NCBI GenBank assembly: GCA_964270895.1
Contig: OZ185442.1
From: Podarcis filfolensis
Taxonomy: Eukaryota
Length of the DNA stretch: 64,000 nucleotides
Reading direction: 5' to 3' (one strand)
Shown: piece after piece, positions 1 to 12,541 of the stretch
How positions within the stretch are numbered: the stretch's first letter is position 1
Layout of the letters: each line of letters starts with the position of its first letter
Program-made: the position numbers and the translations under genes
The notes under the pieces: generated by a model
Told to the model about the DNA's origin: nothing
Seen by the model: the letters and a program-made list of their open reading frames with translations, nothing else
The model's database searches: none

Positions 1-384
1 AATCTCATCCCCCTTTCTTGCCAAACACAAACTTCAAGCATGGTTCCTTGTGAAAGACACCGCTTTCTCGCTGCTATTTTTGTTGGAACATAAATGGCCA
101 TTGGGGTCCTACAAGACTTCAGAATAGGATGAAATGGTTTTTTAAAAACCACTCCACCTGCACCACATCATAGCACTAATCCTGAACGCCCCTCCCCCTT
201 GGCCTACAATTGCAACTTAAAGTTATTTTGTTAAAAAATGCATACAATGCAAGCTACCCATTTAAAGTAGAATGTAGTTGGGCCCTCAGAGAAGAGCATC
301 CGAGATCAGAGGAGGAAACCATTATTGTTCCAGGAAAAAAACCAAATGATTAAAAAACAAACCCCCAAATTCTCTGTTACTCAC

Positions 385-464
385 CTCTGCCACCCTATGA
401 GTAGAACTGAATCTAGGCGGCAAGCCAGCCAGGACACAATGCTGGTGGGTCATGTTGAGATCAT
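385..464 (-). CDS. FTO: FTO coding exon 5 ([27 protein letters not shown])
   Basis: 80 nt as in human; holds the distal His ligand (THQH) and the RxSxxxR 2OG-binding motif; acceptor tattttctgttcaaag, donor GAG|GTGAGT. The gene continues beyond position 1. Confidence 0.97.
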
Positions 465-2735
465 CTTTGAACAGAAAATAAGAGTTAGAGTCAACTGTGG
501 AGATGGGTACACGATATAGCTGCAGATTTTTGTGTGGGAAGCTAAGAGTTTACAGTGGTATAATACTGTTTTAAGTGTATTGTGAAGATGGGGCCTATGG
601 CTCAGTCCTAATAAAGAATCATTTTGTAACCATCAGAAAAAGTATCCATAATGCGTTTTTTTTGGGGGGGGAGGGAGAGGTGGGGCTGGAGAACCTTACA
701 TAATTAATTAGCAGACAACTGAACAAGATGTAGCAGATTTACCAAACTCATATGATCAAAGTTTAGCAACAACAAATAACTTTCAGGAGTTCATGGCCTT
801 AGCAAATAGAGATACACAAAGTATGTAGATCAAATGCAGGGGTCAAGTTTCAGAGGCAAATTAACTGGATGGAAATATGAATGAGGCTTACGGTGCATAT
901 GGAAGGGTTTTGCTTTTTCATTTTTTCCATTTAATGCTGCAAATCTCCAACCACAGCCCATTCAGCCAAGTCTATGCTCCCAACTTCTAGTTAATGAAAA
1001 TAATTTTTTTGATGCTCCTTGAAATATATAATTTGCTCGGTCCCCTTCCCCCATGAACTCCTCTCTCCCTCCCCCCGCCAGAAAAAGAGGCCACTGAATA
1101 CATCCTCATGCCGTGTTTAAACCCCATAACCTTCAAGCAACATTTGATCTATAGGAAACAGCTGTGGAGAAGCAAGTCTTCCCTCTTTGAACAAGCCCGA
1201 AGTATATTTTGCTCCAGTGTGTTTTGAAGTCACGGCAAAAATTAGTGACAATTGTAAATCTGCTTGAAAAATCTGGTCATGTCTACCTCTTAAAGATTAG
1301 GGGTGGGGGAGACTGCAAAGACCATGACAACCTCAGTTAAGCATGCTGTGGGGCACAGCAGATTGCCTGCCACGTGCTATGGATTTACTGTATGCCCTCC
1401 CCCATAACGTTTTGCATCAGACACCCCTTTGATGGAGTACTGGAGGCGGCAAAGTTCAGCCCAAACTGCCTCTACAAGTGTGTGTGTGTATTGAGCTAAA
1501 CTGTTTCTCTTTCACATAGGACATGAAGATCAGATTTCACTTATCGTAAAAATCTTCTGTCTGGGAAAGGAGAACACCGTTTCCAGATAACCCATCAAAG
1601 TCTATTTTTGATATTAAGAGGAAAAGGTGATGGTCAATTTTCGACGCAAACTGCACAGTTCAAGGTGTGGCTTAATATTCACCTGAAAAGAGAGGTGGTG
1701 GGGGGAATGGAGACAAGAGCTTAAGAAGCAGGTGTTGAACTAACCTTTAAAATTTCAACTTTAACACCTTCCCCCTCAAAGCACAACAAAGAGTCTTATT
1801 ATATTCTCCAGCACCAGAGCTGAGAAAGACCTCAGGAATTCTTTTGGGGGGGGGGGGGGAGAGAGCAATAAAATACTAAAAATGCACTCACTCTTTCCAG
1901 TTCTTTGAAAGAAGTGGGGGTTTCTGGTTGCACATTTAGCTTGTCTTAATACATCATTTATGGCATCTACGATGCAGAAATATTTGAGGAAATAATACTG
2001 CTTCCAGAATTAGCAGAGGCTCTAGCAGTGAAGTGGGCACATCCTGAGTTCATGAATTAGGCCAATTAGTGCAATTTCTGTTGCTGAGGGGTGATGTGGA
2101 AACATGCCTTTTGCCTTCCAGTTTTGTTTATGTGGGGAGTACGCTGTGGAAGATAGACCCCATTACCTATTTAAAAACTCTGCTTCTTGGGAGGGAACAC
2201 TTGCTGGAGGTTTCACCATCAGTTTGCCATGTCACAGTCTCCTTGGTCAGATTTTCAAATAATGATTTGTTTACCGGTAAATATCAAAATATCACTGTCA
2301 GCACAGGGGCTGCCCTCCCACTAGCTATAGCCAAAGATTTCTGGATGCTTTGTGTGAAGATTGGATGGGTGCAGGGATCATTCACGTATTTTCCAAGTTT
2401 CATTAATGATGATATTCCTTGTATGTCGTACACTTATTTTTCGTGGAACCAGACTGTTCACAGTCCACAGTGTAAATATACCAAAAGTTTATTTACGCTG
2501 TGGACTATGGTCATTGCACAGAACACAGGGAAGCTGCCTTATGCAGAGTCAGATTATTGGTTCATCTAGCTCAGTATTGTCTTCACTGACACGCAGCAAC
2601 TCGCCAGCATTTCAAACAGGGATTCTTTCCTGGCCCAACCTGGAGATGCCAAGGACTGAACCTCAGGTGTTTGGCATGCAAAGCAGCAATGACTGTTTCC
2701 AAATACAAGAAGAAGAGAAACCTTATTTAATTCTC

Positions 2736-2760
2736 AGCAGCAGCAGCAGCAGCAGCAGCA
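2736..2760. repeat. (CAG)8 microsatellite, intronic
   Basis: Direct reading. Confidence 0.93.
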
Positions 2761-2829
2761 ATGTTAGCTGCCCCTTCGTTAATTGCGTTTTTAACCTGCC
2801 TTTCTCTCAAAGAAGCTCAGGGCACCCGA

Positions 2830-3560
2830 TACATTTCCCTCTTTTCTAGCTTTGCAACAATCCTATGAGGTGGAATCCTATGAGGTGGAGGAAGCTTAAA
2901 GATGTGACTGGTTCAGAGTATTATGTTTACCAGCTCCATCTGGTACGCAGGCTGAGACCCTATCTGCCTGCAGACTGTCTCGCCAGAGTGGTGCATGCTC
3001 TAGTTATCTCCCGCTTGGACTACTGCAATGCGCTCTACGTGGGGCTACCTTTGAAGGTGACCCGGAAACTACAACTAATCCAGAATGCGGCAGCTAGACT
3101 GGTGACTGGGAGCGGCCGCCGAGACCATATAACACCGGTCTTGAAAGACCTACATTGGCTCCCAGTACGTTTCCGAGCACAATTCAAAGTGTTGGTGCTG
3201 ACCTTTAAAGCCCTAAACGGCCTCGGTCCAGTTTATCTGAAGGAGCGTCTCCACCCCCATCATTCTACCCGGACACTGAGGTCCAGCACCGAGGGCCTTC
3301 TGGCGGTTCCCTCACTGTGAGAAGCCAAGTTACAGGGAACCAGGCAGAGGGCCTTCTCGGTAGTGGCGCCCTCCCTGTGGAACACCCTCCCACCAGATGT
3401 CAAAGAGAACAACAACTACCAGACTTTAAGAAGACATCTGAAGGCAGCCCTGTTTAGGGAAGCTTTTAATGTTTGATGTATTACAGTATTTTAATATTTT
3501 TTTGGAAGCCGCCCAGTGTGGCTGGGGAAGCCCAGCCAGATGGGCGGGGTATAAATAATA

Positions 3561-3602
<42 letters not shown>

Positions 3603-3672
3603 GGCTAAGTGGGGATTTGAAGCTGGGTCTCAGCAGCTGTAGTCCAACACTCTAACTGCTATACCACACTGT
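2830..3672 (-). mobile_element. Squam3-like SINE split by the L2 insertion (parts 2830-2925 and 3597-3672)
   Basis: The left part has acaatcctatgaggtgg; the right part has ggatttgaagctgggtctc...ccaacactctaactgctataccacactg; candidate 7-bp TSD TATTATG. Confidence 0.7.
2926..3602 (+). mobile_element. 5'-truncated L2 LINE (RT C-terminal region, 3'UTR, (TTA)n tail)
   Basis: ORF 2865-3320 contains SRLDYCNALYVGLP...LQLIQNAAARLVTG...HITPVLKDLHWLPVRFRAQFKVL, typical of the L2 ORF2 end; one premature stop at 3318-3320; microsatellite tail at 3560-3602. Confidence 0.92.
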
Positions 3673-3680
3673 GTGTGTTT

Positions 3681-3776
3681 TTGGCCCTCCAGATGCTGCT
3701 GGATTACAAACCCCATAATCTCTGGCTGGGGATAATGTCCAAGAATATCTGGAGGGCCACAGGTTCTCCATCACTG
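3681..3776. mobile_element. Palindromic hAT MITE, truncated
   Basis: ggccctccagatg...atctggagggccacaggttctcc. Confidence 0.75.
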
Positions 3777-3849
3777 CTGTGAGCAGCAGTAGGACTTAAA
3801 GTAGAAGATGGCTAGGTTGTCTATTCACCCAAAGAATCCTATGGGAGAA

Positions 3850-4090
3850 AAGCATTTATTTGTTTACTTCCAGTGTAGATACAGAAACCATAAAGTACAA
3901 TGTACAACGATAACATTGCTGAATCATAAAACAACAGATTCAAACTCACGAACTTAAAACTCCTAATTAAATGACATGCTTTAGCCCCACACCAGGATGC
4001 CCCGAAAGCCCAGTTGAGTAAGTGCCTCTTAAATCGACAACTCCACTGTGAGGATGACTGACACACCATCGGGGAAAAGGCGTTCCCCAA
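3850..4090 (-). mobile_element. Degraded L2-like LINE 3' fragment
   Basis: Minus-strand translation RFKRHLLNWAFG resembles the L2 ORF2 terminus (FRRxLKTxLFxxAF). Confidence 0.55.
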
Positions 4091-4950
4091 ATGGGGCACT
4101 ACCACAGAGAAGTCCCTATCCTGGATTACCGCACAACAAGTAACACCAATCAGTGTGGCAGCAAGAAGGGTTGAGCTGCTGTGAAGCTTTCAAGGGGCAG
4201 GTCAGCAGATTAAAGCTAAAGAGGTTGAATTCCAGAACACAGCTGAGCACTTTCCAGCTCAACTGTATTCTGGATCTCAGCCTCTGTACTTTTACAAAAT
4301 TGTTTTCATGAGCCAAAGGTAAATGTGTCCTTCAGCCTTACAGTAGGTTAACTTGGGTATACCAGATTGTAAGCTAGGAGAACAGAGGAAGCTCAAGGCC
4401 CATATAGGTAGGCTGAGCATTCATATATTTTAGGTTTTTTCTAGCAACAATATAGTAGCTACTTTCAGAAGCTTTTTTTTTTTAAGGTAGAGCAACGTTG
4501 AACCCCCCCCCCCCAAAAAAAAAACCTTTGTCAAATATTACAAAAAAGATTGCAAGTGATTTACAAATACAGAAAGGAACTTGTAACCCCCACCCTATAA
4601 ATATCCAAACCAGTTGGTCCCTATAAAGTACTGGTCAGAATAAGTGATTTATACACTTGAACTGGAAGAATTTAATATGTCTCCACATAAACATGATCAG
4701 GATGTTGTTACGGTGTTAAAATAAAATAATATTTTTAAAGCTGTTCTTTATATTGCATTTCCAACACGGCATGAGATGTAGTATATAAAGTTAAGTATGT
4801 ATCAGGGGAAATGAGCCAAGCTCACACCGACCCAAGGTTTGGTTTGGTTTGATGTGACTGGAGAGAATTTAAGAAGCACAGAATTCCACTACATGCATGG
4901 GTCTATTCTTGCCAGTACAATCAACATTGAGGCAGGAGAGCGAATTAAGT

Positions 4951-5084
4951 TAGGTGTGGGGAATCTGTGGAACTCCAGATGTTGCCAGACTACAACTCCC
5001 ATCATCCCTGAGCGCCAGAAATGCTGGCTGGTGCTGATGGGAGTTGGAGTTCAACATCCAGAGAAACACAGGTCTCCCATCCTG
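4951..5084. mobile_element. Palindromic hAT MITE, related subfamily
   Basis: ccagatgttg...actacaactcccatcatccct...tgatgggagttggagttcaacatc core. Confidence 0.8.
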
Positions 5085-5352
5085 ATTTAAGGGGCTACTC
5101 TGTTCAGCAATCACACAAGGGGGAGAGCAGAGCCATACTTCCTGGCCCTGGCCCCACTCCCTCACTGATTCCATCTGTGCACTGAAGTGCAAGAGCCACA
5201 CCACACTGACTCTCATGCATTTACATACAAGCATTGTTTGTACATAACTCCCCCCCCCATGTAATTCAACAAGTGTCCTCCTGCATCTTGCACATTAAAA
5301 TATTTTTCAACAACAACAACACTCTTTTGATATTGTTTCTTTTGGTCAAGCA

Positions 5353-5394
<42 letters not shown>
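5353..5394. repeat. (AAT)14 microsatellite
   Basis: Direct reading. Confidence 0.97.
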
Positions 5395-5395
<1 letters not shown>

Positions 5396-5629
5396 GACTG
5401 TGTATATTTTTCTTCTTCCCAATCTCTAGATGTGAAGGCTTACAGTCTACCCCTTCACCTCCCATAGTAGTGCTTTTCCTCTTGTTTTCCCCCCTCCTGC
5501 ACATGTTTTCCTTTCCTCTTGTTTTTTTAAACTGACTATTGCTCTCCTTGTTTTCCTGCCCCTACCAAGGAGGGGTGAGAAAGTGGAAAAGAAATAGAAA
5601 TTGGTAGCATGTTTGCTTTTAGATACTAC

Positions 5630-5773
5630 CTAGCATAAAGTAGCAGTCTCCCGGGTAAAGGGGTACAGCCAACCCCGGGTTCTTTATGTCCCAAGCAACT
5701 TTCAAGCCAACATGCCAGACAGCTGGGTCTCTTCCACTTGGAGCCTTCTCCTCAAGAATATCAGCAGCAGGTT
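5630..5773 (-). CDS. FTO: FTO coding exon 4 (EPAADILEEKAPSGRDPAVWHVGLKVAWDIKNPGLAVPLYPGDCYFML)
   Basis: 144 nt as in human; acceptor ttgcttttccttttcag, donor TAG|GTAGTA; phase 1-1 continues the frame from exon 3. Confidence 0.97.
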
Positions 5774-8173
5774 CTGAAAAGGAAAAGCAAAGCAAATAAT
5801 TTAACAGACCTGGAAACAATCTCCTTTTTCATTAGGGAAGAAAATCTCTGTTCCCCATCAACATGGTCAATCATGAGAGATCGGAATGGCAAGAAGGTGA
5901 AGAACGATTTGACTTCTAAGCTTCTAACAGTCTTTCACAATGCAATATTCCATGGGCTGCTTTGGTGCCTGCTATAATGGTGCATCATCGAAAAACAAAG
6001 GAAAGTGGTTTTCCTTCAAAATTATTGCTTTTAGCTGCATGCATTTTAAATAGATAAATCAATATGGTTAGTCAACAAAAAAATTCTGAAACAAAACAAC
6101 AACTATCTTTGTTGCTATCATTGGATTGGAAAGGGACTTAGCAAATGATCTCTGCAAAGCCATGTGGGGAAGGGTCCTAGCTCAGCAGTAGAGCACATGC
6201 TTTGCATACAGAAAATCCCAAATACAATCTCCAGGTAGGGCCAGAAAAAGTTTCCAGTGTGACATCCTGGAGAGCCACTAGTCAGTCTATGTAGACAATG
6301 CTGGACTGGACTCGGTATAAGGCAACTTTCTTTGTTCTACAAGACATCAAGAAAAACCAACAGCCTTGCCACAAACTCTATAAAACATCAAAATTGGATA
6401 AATGTGTCAATTTGTTTGTCCATACAAACAGGTGTCAAGTGCAAGTTTTTCTGCAAGTTTTTATCCTGATCAATTTTCAATTTCCACCCTCCCCCCCCAA
6501 AAAAAAACTTTAGGGTGGGAGAACAGATTTATAACTTTCATTATTTCACACACCAACCTGTGGACCAACACTGACCTCCTGGCTTCTCAATATGCAAGCC
6601 ATCCATCACGTGAGGCTGCAGCAATGTTTACTTAGACTAGGGCTTTACTAGTCAGTCATAAAATATGAAAATTATTTCCCAGCTGATTTGGTACCAAAAC
6701 ACACTCATCTTTCCCCACCCCCCTTCTTTTAAGTATGCATGTGGGCCTAATTCCCATAGTTGTTCCTTCCTTCCGGGGACTCTTGATTGTGACATCAATA
6801 AAATAAGCAATGGTGGCAAACAGCTTAAAAAGCAACACTGCCGGAATCAATAATAACTTGCTTTCAAGGGCCTTCAATATTTCCTACCTCCTTTTGGGAA
6901 GAACTCTTAACAATATAAGAACAGGGGACACTTTCTGAAAACGGCAGGTAAGAGCTTTCAATGCAATCTGACCCAGATAGTGTAAGAAAGAGGTAATTTT
7001 TTGAGGGTTAATTTTGTCTGTTAGGTTGCTTTCCCCTCATCTGTGCTGTTCACAATATGGCCTCAATAAAATATGGAACTACAATCAGAGACAGCAATTT
7101 CAATCAATGCTTCCTGGGGTGCCCTCATAAATCCAGCACCTTTGGAATGCACTCGTTAAAGCATCTCTCTCTCCTCTGCAGTTTGATCATTTTCTCCCCT
7201 TTTATTGCTTAAGCGTAGAGTTCAAATATAGCTCTTGCGCTGCCATTCCCGTTCCTCTCAACTAACATGACTTATAATTATCACCACCAATTGAAATGAA
7301 TTACTCCCACTGTGCTATTTTGGAAACAATAGAAGAGCAAGCTGCTACTTGTTTTCAAAACGTCAGTTGCTCCAAAGTGACATAAACTTTGGCTGCAGCC
7401 GGGTAGCAGAGATGATGGTGTGCATGCAAAAGTTCCTATGTTCCATTGCCAGTATCTCCAGATTGAGCTGGGTACTGGATTTGCTTATCTGTGTGTCACC
7501 TTGCTCCCAGTTGTGGAACACAAGATGGTTTACATGGAGTTTCCAGGAAATTTCCCATTCCAGCACTGAGACTCATGCAACAGTACATGTACGCCCCTCC
7601 AGTAGTGTGCATTCATGATGGTTTGTGCTCAGGATGCTATCGGAGGAGTTACATGCAATCTCCACGTTCAATACTGTTGGTGTCTGCCAAAATTTTGTGG
7701 CGGACAAACTGATTTGTTTCCAGTTAGTGCGTGTCCCTAACTGCCGAAATCCTGTAACTTTTCACACTACAAATGGACGATGGTAATGGTGTTTCTCCCA
7801 CTTCTGTTGTGCTGAAGTGAAAGAATGCCCCCTGTCAACAGCAAAAATGCAGTAATATTGGAGAACGACTTATAAAGTGGAATGATGGATGGATGGTCCA
7901 GTATAAATCCACCACTACGACTGTGTCAATGAAATGCTGCAAAAAGTTACTAGACCCCCTGACTTTCTAGCTTATCATAGTGTATCAACCACTTGACTTT
8001 GCTCCTCCCCTGCAGCAAGTGGGATAAACAAATCAGGATAAACGAAACAACCCCTTGTGTTATGTGCAAACCAGGGATCTAGTTTCTTACACCCTAAGAA
8101 GCCATGACCAGCAAGCCAACAACAAACCATAGCTTCAGGTTGGCTAGTAATCATGGCTTGTTAGGCCATAGAG

Positions 8174-8309
8174 CAGGCTTCCTCAGCCTCGGCCCTCCAG
8201 ATGTTTTGAGACTACAACTCCCATTATCCCTGACCACTGGTCCTGCTAACTAGGGATCATGGGAGTTGTAGGCCAAAAACATCTGGAGGGCTGAGTTTGA
8301 GGAAGCCTG
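8174..8309. mobile_element. 136-bp palindromic hAT MITE
   Basis: TIR CAGGCTTCCTCA / TGAGGAAGCCTG; TSD CCATAGAG / CCATGGAG (1 mismatch); same core as 37119-37254. Confidence 0.9.
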
Positions 8310-9779
8310 CCATGGAGGATATGTTTTACATGCTGAAGGTCCCTGGTTGAAAGCTGGGAAAGACTGAAAGAGCTGCGGTGCACGCGGACCAATGGTCTGA
8401 CTCAGGCAGCTTCCTATGTTCCTCAGTGGCAATGAAGCACAGTCCCCGGTTCATTATGCCAAGCTTTCCTAACTTGTTCACCCCGCTCCCATCAGGGGAG
8501 GAGCAAAGTAGGAGTGACTGGAGAGTATGCTTGACTAGTGCTCGTGATGCTATTGGGGAGGTCACAAATAATCTTGCTTTCAATACTGTGCGCCTGCAAA
8601 AGTTTTATGGTGGTGACCCTACTTCATCTCCAACCTATGCATATCCTGGAACTTCCTGCTGAATATCACAAATCTTCTGGCGTCTTTTTTGTTGCACTAC
8701 AGGCCCGCCAAACAGCAAGTATGTGATAGTATTGGGGAAGCATTTCAAAACAAACTAAAACAGTATAAATCGACCACTTGCACTATTATTGTGCCAAGAA
8801 CTTGTTGCAAAATACACTCGCAATAAAAGGTAAGTCTGAAGGGGGTTCTACATTGCCCCTGTGCTCTCTTCCAGAAGTGTCAACAACGGTTTCTTTTCCA
8901 ACATGTCTTCTGTAGTTGAGGAAGATGCCCCTAGAACTGGGCAGTCTTGGAAGTTAGTGGCCTTGCCTACAAGGTTTACCTCAGTTTTGTTTTGTTTTTT
9001 TCCTCCCAGAGGGTGACCTCTTTAAACTCATTAGTATTGCTAGGAAAATCTCCAAACACAGTTCCTTGCAGGCTGTACAAATTACTGCTAACTGACCTTG
9101 CATCTATTAAGCAGCAAATAGAAGGGATTACTGGTCAATTATCAATCCACGGGAACATTCCAATTGGTTTATAAAGACATTAGCAACGAAGAAGCTGTCA
9201 GCTCTCGCCCAATCACAGCTGCAGTGGAAATGAAGTAGCAGTTGCTCTGCTTAGCCAAGATATATATTTTTTTAATTTAATAAATATAATAATAATAATA
9301 AAGTACTCTGTGTTGGGGTGGAGGGACAACACAAATTGTACATTATGAAAGTCAGAAGTAATAAGCCTTTCACGATCGGTCACCATTGCAGTCAATCACT
9401 GGTTTGTTAGCCTGTTAAACATTAACTTGTCAACTAACAGATCCAGTTGTTTATTACTCTTAAGATTTACACACTCAGGCAAGGCTTAAGAGGCAGCAGG
9501 CCAAGAACAATACTGGTGAAAGAATCCACAGAAAGGAAAACTCTTTCTCCGCAATAGAACAGCCTACCCATGTTACAGAGAATAGAAAGAATTGAAAACA
9601 CACACGCACACTACGAGAATGTTACAGCAATTATTCATATATGTTAGTCTATATCCACTTTCAAAAGTCTGTTGTTGTTTAGTCGTTTAGTCATGTCCGA
9701 GTCACTGATAACTAAATTAGGGGATAAGTTCCAGGATCTAATATATGCTCACACACCAAAGCCCATCATCAAGCCTACA

Positions 9780-9838
9780 TCCCCAGAGTGGCTGGAGAAA
9801 CCCAGCCAGATGGGCAGGGTAGAAATTATTTATTTATT

Positions 9839-9879
<41 letters not shown>

Positions 9880-9880
9880 A
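9780..9880 (+). mobile_element. L2 3' tail fragment with (TTA)n
   Basis: cccagagtggctggagaaacccagccagatgggcagggta closely matches the 3'UTR of the L2 at about 3510-3555. Confidence 0.85.
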
Positions 9881-11200
9881 TGGTTACAAATACATGCACA
9901 TCACCTTGAGTTCATGGAGGAAAAAGGAGAGATACAAATACAAAAGTTCAATCTATCAATCGATTGATTGATTGATTGATCAGATAGAACAGATACACAG
10001 ACACCCTGGGCAATCAGACCAAGGTATCCCCACACAGATCCTAGGAGTAGAAATAACTATTCGATGGGACAAGGCTGCAAGAGACAGAATTTCACTAATT
10101 GATTCAACACCAAATCTCTGCCTTGACATTCTGGGTCACCGTACACAGCAACATAACCATATCAGAGTCAACGCTCTCTGCAGAATAGAACTATTGCCCC
10201 CTACAGAATAATGGTGGAAAAATCTGTTTGAGAACAACAGGCTTGGACTGTCAAGACTAGCGGTGACGGGTAAATATTAAATTCACGGCTCTCCATCCCA
10301 GTTCTCAAAAGATTTACAACTTTAAAAGCTATTAGCTTAAGTAGACTAGTGAATTCCACCTGTCATGAGTGTACATGAAATAGGAGGCACCCTCCAACTG
10401 CTAAGACTCAAGTTATAAGGAACTACATAGATCAATGTCAACAAGTTTAATTGTATACCTAAATGCAAACAGGAAGTCGAAGCAGCTGTTGGGAGAAAAC
10501 TGGTGTGACGCGTTTTCAGCAGCAAGCATCCCCAGTGTTAAGGATCAAGGTGCTCCACTCAAAGGTAAGCTGGCAGAGACCTTGCTCTGGGAATCTTTCA
10601 TTGCAACAGGTCTATAGTACACATATTGTGACAGCATTCCTTCATTGTATGAAGGACTCAGTCATCCACCCAAGAAACTCTTGAGATCAGGTATTATATA
10701 GTAAGCTGTGTGCATTTGGCTCTTTGCATTCCAGAACTGCCTCCAACAGCAGTCATTTCATCTAGCTGCATTAGAGAGGTGAGACTGCAAGGCCCCCTTC
10801 TTTGGCCTGACTGGGATCAATTGCCATTTAACTCTTCCCCTCACTGGCAATCATTCCAACTGGCTGCCTCAAAGAGGTGAGACAGTGAGGCTCGCTCCAT
10901 CAACTTGGCTGGGGCCAACTGTCATTTAACCACTCATCTCCCAGGACTCATTTGGCAGATGCGATAACTTCAATTTGTTTCTCTTCTTCCTTCCTCCCAG
11001 CCCCTTCCCCCTTTTGCACTGTTTATTAAATTGTAACCTAAAATCTAAAACTATGAACTGCACTGAGCTCATTGGCAGAAATCTAGCAATCTGTGAGGCA
11101 TATAGACTGGAACAATTGAAGAGAGAGAGAGAAAGCACAGATGTATTAACTTCCATACTTCTACAATTAGCTCTGGGCAAAGGCTTCTTGAAAATATTAC

Positions 11201-11201
11201 A

Positions 11202-11244
<43 letters not shown>
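11201..11244. repeat. (AAAG)11 microsatellite
   Basis: Direct reading. Confidence 0.96.
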
Positions 11245-11246
<2 letters not shown>

Positions 11247-12182
11247 GCATATAGAGGATGCCTCTTCTGACCACTGACACAATTGCCATAATGGTCCCAC
11301 AGAAAGATACAAGGATCATTATGACATTCTATTCAATAGGGCTAATCGCCTCTGCTTAATCAACCTATTAGCAAGTAGCAACAGTTCTGAAAAGTTTCCT
11401 TGGATTTTCAAAATGAATGGGTTACCGCCACGTTCTGCCAAGCAGAGAAACACAAGGTAGCTATTGATCAAACTGTTCAGAGTAAATTGGGAAACAAAGG
11501 CACTTTTGTAAAGGTAATGCTATCATATAACACTACACCAAGCACATATTCTGCCAGGTTCGCTCCCCTGCTAGGGAGATCCTGAGCTTCTGGCGCTCCC
11601 AATAAGGGCCAGACAAACTGGAGAGATATCAGTATTTCTCAGGAAGCTCTCAGCACCTTGAAAAACAGAGTCCCGATTTAGCTGAAGTCACCTTTTTAAA
11701 GGTCTGAGTGTAGAAATACTTCAGCAGAGCAGAGTCTCCAGTTACAGACTTCATAAAGGATCACAATTTACATAGGCATTGAAGTTCCAGCTTCTGCAAT
11801 CATTAGAACAATATATGAACCCATTCACTTCTGAAGTAGTCTTTTTTAGAAGTGTAATTTCATATGCTCTCTGCTTTCTCTTCCATGTTAACTGAGAGAC
11901 CGAGTCTCTGCCCACACTCCTTTTCACCTTTCATATCAGTTTTCCCTTCATTATCTCAGTACTGATCTTGGGGTGAGGTCCATACCACACCAGCTTCTTG
12001 CAATATTCCCAGGGAAGTCACTCACAAGGGCTTTTCTCTAGGACCCCTGCCACTGAAGAACCTCACACAAGTGGGAACTATAAAAAGTGTGAGAGGCAAG
12101 AGGGGTGAGGATGCCTGTAGTGAAGGAGGAACCTGAGAAGCATAGAGAGCTACATGCCTCCATGGAAGTTGTCCATCTCTAG

Positions 12183-12317
12183 CAGAGATGGAGAAATCTG
12201 TGGTCCTCCAGATGTTGTTGAGCTCCAGCTTCCATCAGCCCCATCCAGCATGGACAATGGTTAGGGATGATGGGAACTGGAGTCCAACAACATCTGGTCA
12301 CAGATACCCCATTCCTG
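12183..12317. mobile_element. Palindromic hAT MITE
   Basis: Same core (tcctccagatgttg...gggatgatgggaactggagtccaacaacatctgg). Confidence 0.78.
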
Positions 12318-12355
12318 ACATATAGAATATTGTCTCTTTTGGCGTGGCTCTACAG

Positions 12356-12541
12356 CAGGGGTTGTTAACCTGGTCCCTACCGCCCACTAGTGGGCATTTC
12401 AAGATTCTAGGTGGGCAGTAGGGGGTTCTACAGCACAAGATGAATCCTCCTTCCATCAAGCACTGGTGGGCGGTAAGGAAATTTTACCATCAAGAAAAAT
12501 GCATTAGTGGGCGGTAGGTATAAAAAGGTTGACTACCCTTG
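12356..12541. mobile_element. hAT non-autonomous element, 186 bp
   Basis: TIRs CAGGGGTTGTTAACCT / AGGTTGACTACCCTTG; perfect 8-bp TSD CTCTACAG at 12348-12355 and 12542-12549. Confidence 0.9.

Noticed and set aside
2069-2849. Long plus-strand ORFs (166 and 162 aa)
   Set aside because: Non-ATG starts, no recognisable domain, antisense within FTO intron 4, and they run into a SINE and a CAG repeat.
2865-3320. 151-aa ORF as a host gene
   Set aside because: It is the C-terminal part of L2 ORF2, 5'-truncated.
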